Assembly: GCA_017451485.1 (NCBI GenBank)
Contig: JAFTOG010000023.1
Span: 55,313-119,312, forward strand
Direction of reading: 5' to 3'
Source: Clostridia bacterium
GTDB taxonomy: Bacteria > Bacillota > Clostridia > Oscillospirales > CAG-272
Length of the DNA stretch: 64,000 nt
The notes beneath the pieces are model-generated. The model did not search any database. It was not told where the DNA came from and saw only the letters and a program-made list of their open reading frames with translations. Made by a program: the position numbers and the translations under genes. Below, piece by piece: positions 16,597-25,003 of this stretch. How positions within the stretch are numbered: position 1 is the stretch's first letter; each line of letters begins with the position of its first letter.

Positions 16597-18654
16597 ATGA
16601 ATTCGAGGATAAAAATCAGGTATTTTAGAATTATCAGTATTATAATTGCTTTGCTATTTTGTCTGTGTGCTGTAGGATGCAGCAGTACAGAGGATAACAC
16701 TACTGAGAATACTACTACCGGGGATAACACTACAAGCACCTCGGAGGAAGTCACAACTTTGACTGAGGAGAATAATGATCCAAATAATGGTAATATCGGT
16801 GATAATGAAGAGGGGAGCAATAATGAAGCAGAGCTTCCTGATTATTATACAGCCGTTATTAAATCAAACAGTTATATTATATCATCCCCATATACCGGAG
16901 AAATCTCTGTATCGGATGAGCTTAAGGGAGTTTACTATACAGCTGATTCTCCCGGTGGTGAGCCACAAAATGACGGTACAGGAAAAATATGGTTAAAGCT
17001 TAAGCCTATTGAAAAATATTGTATTTCTTCTCTTAATATAGACGGTGATTATTCTTCAGTTGAAGATTTAGGTAATGATGTATACTGTATTAACGGTGTA
17101 AAATCAAATCTATCTGTTAGCATAACTGTAAAAACAGTATATAACTCTAATGAACAAATATTTGCAAATTATGGCTATGGAATTTCCGATAATGGAGTAA
17201 TGATTGTAAGCTGGAAGGAAAGTGCAGAAGCTCCATTACGGTATGTGGAGCTTAGCTATACGGACAGTAATGGTTATCAAACCAAATATATAGATGCTTC
17301 ACTTGGCAGAGCAGAGCTCTTTGAAATGACTGAAAATCAAATTTATACAGTTTCCATGAGGGCTATAAGCCGTAATTATATAGGAAAAAGTGTGAATGTC
17401 AGTGGCTGTTATATGAAGTCTCCTAAGGAGGTCTCTTTCCCAAGGGTGGAAATTACCACTGATAATTATATATTGCCGAGCTTTGACACGATTAATTCTC
17501 CTTCAAATGCTTGGGGAGCAGGCATTACCAACGCTACATATGAGCAATGCATAATGACCTTGTACAATGAAGACAACGAAATCGTATACAGCTCATCTGT
17601 TGGAAGTGGAGAGGGTGAGGAATATCTTGGTGCTAAATTAAAGGTAAGAGGTAATACCAGTGCTGCCCATGCCAAGGATTCAAGATATCCGTATAAGGTC
17701 AAGCTGAGTGAAAAATTTGATTTATTAGCTCCGTTAATCGGCAGAGAGGATGACGGAAAGTCTTACGCTGATAAGGATTGGCTTCTCCTTAATTACGGTG
17801 ATGAATTTTACCGTATTTGTGGAGATGCAATTGCAGACGCAGTGGGGACAGAATGGTCCCCCGATTATTGTTATGTCAGCTTGTATGTTAATGGAGATTA
17901 CCGTGGGCTCTATGTTTTGTCCGAGGCTGTTGAAAGAGGCAACGGAGCAGATGAAGAGCAATGGAGAGTTGCAGTAGATAATGACGGCTATGTTTTTGAG
18001 TGTGATGCTTATTGGTGGAATGAGAATTTATATTTTGATACTCCCTTGACAAAGAACACCAAGATGTATTATACCTTCAAATATCCCGATTCTGATTATA
18101 TCAAGGAGGGGTCCTTAGAATATAACTATTTGAAAAATTACATAATTGATTTTGAGAATGCCATTAAGAAAAATGACGACTCATATCTTGAATATATGGA
18201 CCTGGATTCCTTTGTAAAATGGCTTCTTGTGTCGGATTACTTATGTATTAGCGACGGTGGAGGATGTAATATTTTTCTCTATAAAGAGGATTCCACGGAT
18301 AATACAAAAATTAACATGGGACCTAACTGGGATTTTGATTCATATATGGGTGATGTCAACGGTCTTTCAACCATTCGTATGTCTTGGAGTACAGCCCCAT
18401 TCTATTACCATAGACTTATTAAAAAATCTTCATTCCAGACACGGTATAATGAGCTATTTATGGAAACACATGAAAAGCTGGACAAATATATAGATGATGC
18501 ATATTCCAAAATCGATATAGAATCCCATACTGAGCTTCTGGAATATCAAAATATCCGTTTCAGAACAGAAAAGAAATCCTTGTCAACACAGAAGGAAGCC
18601 TTTGATATATGGTTGGATGGACATCTTGATTATATGGAGACACAATTTAACTGA
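16597..18654 (+). CDS. CotH kinase family protein, predicted lipoprotein
   Basis: Lipobox LCAVGC followed by a Thr/Asn/Glu-rich linker. CotH-type blocks KLKVRGNTSAAHAKDSRYPYKVKL, YVSLYVNGDYRGLYVLSE and GPNWDFDSYMG. ACGGAGGA RBS. Confidence 0.8.
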   Translation: MNSRIKIRYFRIISIIIALLFCLCAVGCSSTEDNTTENTTTGDNTTSTSEEVTTLTEENNDPNNGNIGDNEEGSNNEAELPDYYTAVIKSNSYIISSPYTGEISVSDELKGVYYTADSPGGEPQNDGTGKIWLKLKPIEKYCISSLNIDGDYSSVEDLGNDVYCINGVKSNLSVSITVKTVYNSNEQIFANYGYGISDNGVMIVSWKESAEAPLRYVELSYTDSNGYQTKYIDASLGRAELFEMTENQIYTVSMRAISRNYIGKSVNVSGCYMKSPKEVSFPRVEITTDNYILPSFDTINSPSNAWGAGITNATYEQCIMTLYNEDNEIVYSSSVGSGEGEEYLGAKLKVRGNTSAAHAKDSRYPYKVKLSEKFDLLAPLIGREDDGKSYADKDWLLLNYGDEFYRICGDAIADAVGTEWSPDYCYVSLYVNGDYRGLYVLSEAVERGNGADEEQWRVAVDNDGYVFECDAYWWNENLYFDTPLTKNTKMYYTFKYPDSDYIKEGSLEYNYLKNYIIDFENAIKKNDDSYLEYMDLDSFVKWLLVSDYLCISDGGGCNIFLYKEDSTDNTKINMGPNWDFDSYMGDVNGLSTIRMSWSTAPFYYHRLIKKSSFQTRYNELFMETHEKLDKYIDDAYSKIDIESHTELLEYQNIRFRTEKKSLSTQKEAFDIWLDGHLDYMETQFN

Positions 18655-18675
18655 TACAATAATTAATGGTATAAA

Positions 18676-18715
18676 AAATATCGGGAGCACATTTTTGCCC
18701 CCGATATTTTTATTT
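18676..18715. terminator. Bidirectional terminator between the CotH-family gene and the DUF308 gene
   Basis: Stem aaatatcggg (18676-18685) / cccgatattt (18700-18709), with T-runs on both flanks. Confidence 0.75.
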
Positions 18716-19441
18716 TTCAAGTTTTTCTTTTTCCTCAACCTCTTCAAAGTCGGCTACATTGATGGTTTTGTTATTTTCGATTGTAAGTATTTCCTCTTTG
18801 ATTCTTTTGGGATCGGTGCTGATATATGAGTCTGCTACTACTGCATCCTCCGTAATATCGGTAGCATGCTTATTAAATTCAGCTGTTGCACGCTTTACTA
18901 TTCTACCGAGATAAAAAAGAGAGAAGAAGTTTTGTATACCGCAGATTGTAAGAGAAGCACCGAGGATAAAGGAGAAAAGACCAAAATTATTATCTGTCAG
19001 CCTTACTCTTACACAGAGAAATCCACCAAAAATAGTAAGACAGGCGATTATAAGCAAGAACCACCACATTTTCATATTATACCGTTTGGAATTTATTACC
19101 GTCTGTAGCTTGAAGGCACCGTCAATTATGATAAACAAGCCTATTAGCATGGGATATACAGACATAACAATATCCGGGAAAATCAAAGCTACAATAGCAC
19201 AGATTATGGTTACGCAAGCAGTAATAATGGAAAAAGCAAAGCCTGCTCCCCGTCGTCTGTCAGCAAGTATTTTAATAACCTGTATTATTCCTCCTATCAA
19301 TGCTACAGCACCGATAATATAGCTTACTGTTTTCATAGATTCATTGGGATATACAATAATCAGCACACCGCATGTACAAAGCAGAATTGCTAAAACCAGA
19401 TAACCGAATCTAAACCTTTTGATTGCATTAATTATTGACAT
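18710..19441 (-). CDS. DUF308 / HdeD-like membrane protein
   Basis: Six hydrophobic helices. The N-terminus MSIINAIKRFRFGYLVLAILLCTCGVLIIVYPNESMKTVSYIIGAVALIGGIIQ is typical of DUF308 repeats. GGAGG lies 5 nt upstream of the ATG at 19441; the longer listed start would overlap the upstream gene. Confidence 0.6.
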   Translation of the reverse strand: MSIINAIKRFRFGYLVLAILLCTCGVLIIVYPNESMKTVSYIIGAVALIGGIIQVIKILADRRRGAGFAFSIITACVTIICAIVALIFPDIVMSVYPMLIGLFIIIDGAFKLQTVINSKRYNMKMWWFLLIIACLTIFGGFLCVRVRLTDNNFGLFSFILGASLTICGIQNFFSLFYLGRIVKRATAEFNKHATDITEDAVVADSYISTDPKRIKEEILTIENNKTINVADFEEVEEKEKLEK

Positions 19442-19460
19442 ATTAACCTCCGTGGTTAGA

Positions 19461-21230
19461 TTAAACAGCGTCAAATTGACTGTTGTATAAATTATAATAA
19501 AATCCCTTTCTTTCGATAAGAGCGGTATGGGTACCCTGTTCGATTATTTTACCCTTGTCCATCACGAGGATAAGGTCAGCTTCCCTGATGGTGGAAAGAC
19601 GGTGATCAACTATAAAGGATGTGCGTCCCTCCATAAGCCTTGCAAACGCCTCCTGAATCTTGATTTCAGTACGGGTGTCGATAGATGAGGTAGCCTCATC
19701 AAGAATCAGCATAGGTGGCAGGCAAAGCATTATTCTTGCTATACATAGCAGCTGCTTTTGCCCCTGTGAAAGGATGGAACCATTTTCCGTAAGAACCGTC
19801 TCATAGCCGTTTGGAAGCCTTTTTATAAAGCCATGTGCATGAGAAGCCTTAGCTGCCTTGATTATATCTTCATCCGTTGCATCCGGCATACCAATGGCGA
19901 TATTTTCCTTAACGGTACCGTTTCTAATCCAGGTATCCTGTAGTACCATACCGTAATTCTGTCGTAGAGAATTTCTTGTAAGCTCCTTTATATCATATCC
20001 GTCAACGTAAATTGAGCCTTTTTTGACATCGTAAAATCTCATAAGAAGATTTATAAATGTGGTTTTTCCACATCCGGTTGGACCGACAATAGCGATTCTT
20101 TGACCCTTGCTTACATTAAGATTGAAGTTTTCAATTAGTTTTTGTTCATTTGTATATGAGAAGCTTACATCTGATATTTTTATATCCCCCTTGGCATTCT
20201 CAAGTACATATGCCTCTGCATCATCAGGAGACTCGCTTTCCTCTTTGATAAACTCAAATACTCTTGACGCACAAGCGAGGGCGTTTTGCAGCTCACTTAT
20301 AATACCGGAAATTTCATTAAACGGTTTTGCATATTGGGTTGAGTAGCTAAGAATACAGGCCAGAGCTCCAACAGTAAGGGCTCCCGTAGTACCGGAGCTG
20401 TTAATAACTATAAAAGCACCGAACAAGGCTGTTGCAGTATATACAAGAGAATTTATAAATCTTGTGGTCGGATTTACGAGGGAGGAGAAGAATATTGCTT
20501 TTACAGAACATTTTTGGAGTCTTGTATTGATTTCATCGAATTCCTCCATTGCCTCATCCTCATGGGCAAACGCCTTTACAACCTTTTGGTTGGATATCAT
20601 TTCTTCAATAATGGCTGTTTGTTCTCCTCTTGTTTTTGATTGGGTATGAAAATATTTATAGGTGTTTTTTGCAATAAAGCTGGCAATAAGCAAAGAAACA
20701 GGTGTAAGAACCACTACAATTACAGTTATTTGTACACTGATTGTAAGCATAAATACAAGCGTACCTAAAATAGTAACAATACCGGTAAAGAACTGGGTAA
20801 AGCCCATTAAAAGACCGTCTGCAAATTGGTCAACATCATTGATAACCTTGCTTACTACCTCACCATAGGAATGGGAATCGATATATTTAAGTGGGAGAGT
20901 CTCAATTTTTTCAAATGCCTCATCCCTAACCTTTTTAACTATATTGTAGGTGATTACATTGTTAATATTATTGATTATCCATTGTATAACACCTATGGCT
21001 AGGGCGACAACTCCTACAGTTACAAGTAACTCATATACTGTATCGAGGGCAACATTGTTTTCGCCTATAATGAGGTCAATAGCTTTACCTATAATAATAG
21101 GAATATAAAGTGTAAGAGCTACCGAGACCGTGGAAAAGAGAATAGACAGTACGAGAAGGAATTTATATCCGCCAACATAGCGTAAGACCTCTTTGACTGT
21201 TGACATTTTTATCTTGTTTTTCTTTTTCAT
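19461..21230 (-). CDS. ABC exporter, fused permease-ATPase, heterodimer subunit B (consensus ATPase side)
   Basis: Six N-terminal TM helices. Walker A GPTGCGKTT, Walker B LILDEATSSID, H-loop DHRLST. The signature is degenerate (LSQGQ), which together with the partner gene forms one non-canonical ATP site. Confidence 0.9.
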   Translation of the reverse strand: MKKKNKIKMSTVKEVLRYVGGYKFLLVLSILFSTVSVALTLYIPIIIGKAIDLIIGENNVALDTVYELLVTVGVVALAIGVIQWIINNINNVITYNIVKKVRDEAFEKIETLPLKYIDSHSYGEVVSKVINDVDQFADGLLMGFTQFFTGIVTILGTLVFMLTISVQITVIVVVLTPVSLLIASFIAKNTYKYFHTQSKTRGEQTAIIEEMISNQKVVKAFAHEDEAMEEFDEINTRLQKCSVKAIFFSSLVNPTTRFINSLVYTATALFGAFIVINSSGTTGALTVGALACILSYSTQYAKPFNEISGIISELQNALACASRVFEFIKEESESPDDAEAYVLENAKGDIKISDVSFSYTNEQKLIENFNLNVSKGQRIAIVGPTGCGKTTFINLLMRFYDVKKGSIYVDGYDIKELTRNSLRQNYGMVLQDTWIRNGTVKENIAIGMPDATDEDIIKAAKASHAHGFIKRLPNGYETVLTENGSILSQGQKQLLCIARIMLCLPPMLILDEATSSIDTRTEIKIQEAFARLMEGRTSFIVDHRLSTIREADLILVMDKGKIIEQGTHTALIERKGFYYNLYNSQFDAV

Positions 21231-22955
21231 TTATATACCCTCCTTTCTGAACTGGGAGTTGTATATCTCGGAATAAACAACGCAAGAGTTAAGAAGCTCA
21301 TTGTGTTTACCCATACCTACAATCTTACCGTCATCAAGCACTACAATAAGGTCAGCGTGCATAATTGATGCGGTCCTTTGTGAAACAATAAAAACTGTCG
21401 GTTTATATTCTATTTTTGAAATAGAGGAACGGAGAGCAGCATCGGTAGTATAGTCAAGTGCAGATGCACTATCGTCAAGGATAAGTATTTCGGGCTTTTT
21501 TACAAGAGCTCTTGCAATTGTAAAACGCTGTCTTTGACCACCGGAAAGATTTTTACCACCCTGCTCAATATAGGAATCAAGACCGTCGGGCTTGGATGCT
21601 AAAACATCGGATGCCTGTGCTTGCTCAATTGCTTTGTATATGGCATCATCATCTGCGTTTTTGTTTCCCCATTTCATATTATCACGGATAGAACCACGGA
21701 ACAATACTGCCTTTTGTGGTACGATACCGATTTTATCCCGTAAATATTCAAGAGGATATTTCTTAACATTTACTCCGTTTACCTTAACCTCGCCGTTACA
21801 AACATCATAGAATCTGCCAATCAGGTTTACAAGGGAGGTTTTGCCTGAGCCGGTACTGCCGATAATTCCTACGGTTTGTCCCTTTTTAACCTTGAAATCT
21901 ATATTATCAAGAGATGGCTCGTTAGAAGTGATGTATTTGAGAGTTGCATTTTCAAATTCAACGGAGTATTGGGTATCCACCTCCTGCGGCATTGTATCCG
22001 GGGCGGTAATAGAAGAGCTTATTTCAAATACAGACTGGACTCTGTTACCACAGGCTACAGCCTTTGTAATACTGATAATCAGGTTTGCAAGCTTAATAAG
22101 TTCAACCAGGATCTGTGACATATAGTTATAAAGTGCTATTACTTCACCCTGTGAGAGCTCACCCAGATTTACCTGTATGGCTCCGTTCCAGATTAGTACG
22201 GATATACCTATATTGAGTATTACATATGTCATAGGATTCATAAGAGCGGATATTCTTCCTACGAATTTCTGTGCAGTATTAAGATTTGCAGTAGAGGTTT
22301 TGAATTTTTCCTCCTCTTCCTTTTCCTGACCGAAGGCACGGATAACTCTTACACCTTGTAAATTTTCACGGGTAATGCCAAGTACTCTATCGAGTCTGTT
22401 TTGTACCTTTTTATAGAGGGGAATGGTGGCAAGCATAATGCCGAATACGACCAAAGAAAGCACCGGAATAGCTACAACAAATACAAGTGCAGATTTTATA
22501 TCAACCGTAAATGCCATTATCATAGCACCGAATACAATGAGAGGTGAACGGAGGAAAAGACGGAGAGTAAGATTAACACCGTTCTGCACCTGGTTCATAT
22601 CACTTGTCATTCTTGTTATAAGAGTTGATGTTCCGAGAGTATCTATTTCGGAATAAGAGAGAGTTTGGATATGACCGAATAAGGAGTGCTTAACCTTGGT
22701 TGCAAAGCCGACGGACGCCTTAGCGGCATAGTATTGGGCAACAAGGGCACAGCCAAGCCCAACAAAGCCGAGAATTGCCATAATAATGCACATTTTCACT
22801 ACATAGGGCTTGTCTTTATTGGCAATACCGATATCTATGATATTTGCAACAAGGAGAGGGATAAGCAGCTCAAAGCACGCTTCAAAGAGCTTAAAAAGAG
22901 GGCTTATGATACTCTCCTTGATATATCCTTTCATATGAGTTAAAAGCTTTTTCAA
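21231..22955 (-). CDS. ABC exporter, fused permease-ATPase, heterodimer subunit A (degenerate catalytic site)
   Basis: Walker A GSTGSGKTS and signature LSGGQRQRFTIARAL. Walker B is ILILDDSASALD, with Asp instead of the catalytic Glu. The H-loop is SQRTAS, with Gln instead of His. This pattern is typical of LmrCD/BmrCD/TM287-288-type heterodimers. TTG start at 22955, with GGAGG upstream at 22962-22966 (6-nt spacer). Confidence 0.9.
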   Translation of the reverse strand: MKKLLTHMKGYIKESIISPLFKLFEACFELLIPLLVANIIDIGIANKDKPYVVKMCIIMAILGFVGLGCALVAQYYAAKASVGFATKVKHSLFGHIQTLSYSEIDTLGTSTLITRMTSDMNQVQNGVNLTLRLFLRSPLIVFGAMIMAFTVDIKSALVFVVAIPVLSLVVFGIMLATIPLYKKVQNRLDRVLGITRENLQGVRVIRAFGQEKEEEEKFKTSTANLNTAQKFVGRISALMNPMTYVILNIGISVLIWNGAIQVNLGELSQGEVIALYNYMSQILVELIKLANLIISITKAVACGNRVQSVFEISSSITAPDTMPQEVDTQYSVEFENATLKYITSNEPSLDNIDFKVKKGQTVGIIGSTGSGKTSLVNLIGRFYDVCNGEVKVNGVNVKKYPLEYLRDKIGIVPQKAVLFRGSIRDNMKWGNKNADDDAIYKAIEQAQASDVLASKPDGLDSYIEQGGKNLSGGQRQRFTIARALVKKPEILILDDSASALDYTTDAALRSSISKIEYKPTVFIVSQRTASIMHADLIVVLDDGKIVGMGKHNELLNSCVVYSEIYNSQFRKEGI

Positions 22956-23179
22956 AATTTACCTCCATGCTCAAAGATAATTTTAATTATTTTACCATAT
23001 AATCTTAACATTGGCAAGATATTATGACAAAAAAACTTACATATACGACATATTGCTTTAACAGGAAATATATGATAAAATATTTTTTGAATTATTATAT
23101 AATCATCCAACCTTTTTGTTATTTTCCGGTACTAAGTATTGAAACCGAAAGCGCTTACGGAATCAAAGGGAGTGAAATA

Positions 23180-24958
23180 ATGTATAGATTTAACGGCAAA
23201 GAAGAAGAGCTTAAGCAATTGATAAACAAATATAAATCAATTGTATACGGAACTGCATACGCATATCTGCGATATAATTTTGAAATAGATGATGTAGTAC
23301 AGGAAACCTTTATTCAGCTTTACTTTAATTATGGAAAAATTATTGATAAAGAAAAAATTGGCTCGTGGCTTTGTGGAGTAGCCAGGAATATTTCTATGAA
23401 AAAACTTCGTCAAACAAAGTATTATACACCTCTTGAGGATAATGAGTATATTGCCGTAAGAGGAGTAGACGAGGAGCTTTGCGATAAAGAAAGAAATACT
23501 GAGCTTTATAATGCTATAAGTAATTTATCAAAGCCGATAGCAGAAACGGTAACGCTATTCTACCTTGCAGAAAAATCTATAAGTGATATTTCATCTCTGC
23601 TTTCCGTTCCTGAGGGGACAATAAAAAGCCGTCTTTACGAGGGTAGAAAAAAACTGAAGGGAGATTTGATTTATATGATGGAAAAGAAGAATAATTCTAT
23701 AAGCAAGGTGGATATTTACAATAACATTAAGGAATATATATCCAATGCAAAAAAAGCGATAGATATAAGAAACAGCCCTGTAGCTATATTACATCTTGAC
23801 AAAGCTATTGGTGAGTTCGAGGCGTTAGAGAAAGAATATAAGCTTCTTGCGGAAATATACCGTTTAAGAGCACTTGCTACAACAGATAAAGAAAAAGCAA
23901 TAATTGACGGTGAAAAGAGTGTAGCATACGCACGGCTGACTAATAACAGAAGACTTATAGCAGAGTATTTATTTTCTCATTGCTTTGATTACTATGATGA
24001 AAAGCAACTTTGTATGTTGATTGAGGTTTATGAAATGGCACAATCTATGAATTATTTTGCATTATGCTCGGAAAGTGCCTTTTGGATATCTACTCATAAA
24101 ATGAAGTCCTATAAATATTCAAATGCAAGAGAATGGCTTAATATAGCAATAAATGCCTATAATAGAATTGAAAGCTTCGATGGCGTAAACTGCTGTGTCG
24201 GTGACACTGTAAGAACCCGTGCATTGTCCTCAGCGGCACTTGATTCGATGAGTATGCTTGAAAAAATAGGACATCTGAACGGAGAATATTCAATTCTAAA
24301 TACATTCTGTATGATACTAAAAAATGAAAAGGACGGTGTATCGTCTCAGGCTAATTATGGCTGGGATATCCCCGGAAAGCAGAAAAGAGTTAAAAATGCC
24401 CATAGATTCTTCGGATGCTTTGAGTGTGAGCAGGTTATTTATTCAAATAGCTTACTGGAGAATGGATATCTTGACCACGAATACTATCTTTGGAACGGCG
24501 TTCTTGTGAATAGAAGATATGATATATTATCAAAAAATGAAACGGTTTTAACCGAGGCGGGCGAATTCAAGGATTGCATTCATATTAAGATTACAGAAAG
24601 TATACCTAATTACGATGGAAGTATAATAGATTACAAAGAGGCCTTTGAATGTCTTGAATGCTTAGAGCATTGGTACTGTCCGGATGTAGGACTGATAAAA
24701 TCGAAAAGAGCATTTCCAAATGATAGCAATATTTTACCATATTCAAGAGAGCTTAAATGCTATTGTGTTGCTCCGACCTTTGAAAGAGGATGCAGATATT
24801 TTCCCATATCCGTAGGAAATATGTGGGAATATAATGTTTTTGATGAAAACGGGGTAGACTATTCTGAAAGGTATGGATATAGAGATTGCTATAAGATAGA
24901 TACAGTAACTGAAGAATATACCTATATTTCAAACAGCGGATTTACTTATGTAAAATAA
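23180..24958 (+). CDS. ECF-type sigma-70 family sigma factor fused to a ~400 aa soluble C-terminal domain of unknown function
   Basis: Region 2 DDVVQETFIQLYFNYGKI...WLCGVARNISMKKLRQ. Region 4 LSKPIAETVTLFYLAEKSISDISSLLSVPEGTIKSRLYEGRKKLK. A helical repeat-like stretch and a Cys/Trp/Tyr-rich beta-like region follow, with no hydrophobic TM segment. AAAGGGAG RBS before the ATG at 23180; the longer listed ORF start is AT-rich leader. Confidence 0.75.
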   Translation: MYRFNGKEEELKQLINKYKSIVYGTAYAYLRYNFEIDDVVQETFIQLYFNYGKIIDKEKIGSWLCGVARNISMKKLRQTKYYTPLEDNEYIAVRGVDEELCDKERNTELYNAISNLSKPIAETVTLFYLAEKSISDISSLLSVPEGTIKSRLYEGRKKLKGDLIYMMEKKNNSISKVDIYNNIKEYISNAKKAIDIRNSPVAILHLDKAIGEFEALEKEYKLLAEIYRLRALATTDKEKAIIDGEKSVAYARLTNNRRLIAEYLFSHCFDYYDEKQLCMLIEVYEMAQSMNYFALCSESAFWISTHKMKSYKYSNAREWLNIAINAYNRIESFDGVNCCVGDTVRTRALSSAALDSMSMLEKIGHLNGEYSILNTFCMILKNEKDGVSSQANYGWDIPGKQKRVKNAHRFFGCFECEQVIYSNSLLENGYLDHEYYLWNGVLVNRRYDILSKNETVLTEAGEFKDCIHIKITESIPNYDGSIIDYKEAFECLECLEHWYCPDVGLIKSKRAFPNDSNILPYSRELKCYCVAPTFERGCRYFPISVGNMWEYNVFDENGVDYSERYGYRDCYKIDTVTEEYTYISNSGFTYVK

Positions 24959-24962
24959 AATT

Positions 24963-25003
24963 AAACCCATCCGGCATATTCTTGCCGGATGGGTTTTGCT
25001 TTT
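24963..25003. terminator. Bidirectional terminator between the sigma-fusion gene and rnj
   Basis: 14-bp perfect stem aaacccatccggca (24963-24976) / tgccggatgggttt (24983-24996), with T-runs on both sides. Confidence 0.85.

Noticed and set aside
16690-16760. Near-repeats of gataacactac... suggesting a tandem repeat
   Set aside because: They lie inside the CotH-family ORF and simply encode the low-complexity Thr/Asn/Glu linker after the lipobox. There is no spacer-repeat periodicity.
23024-23179. 52-codon N-terminal extension of the sigma-fusion ORF
   Set aside because: It is AT-rich, with a Tyr/Ile/Phe-rich translation typical of non-coding sequence. A good RBS (AAAGGGAG) precedes the internal ATG at 23180, which gives a normal ECF N-terminus.
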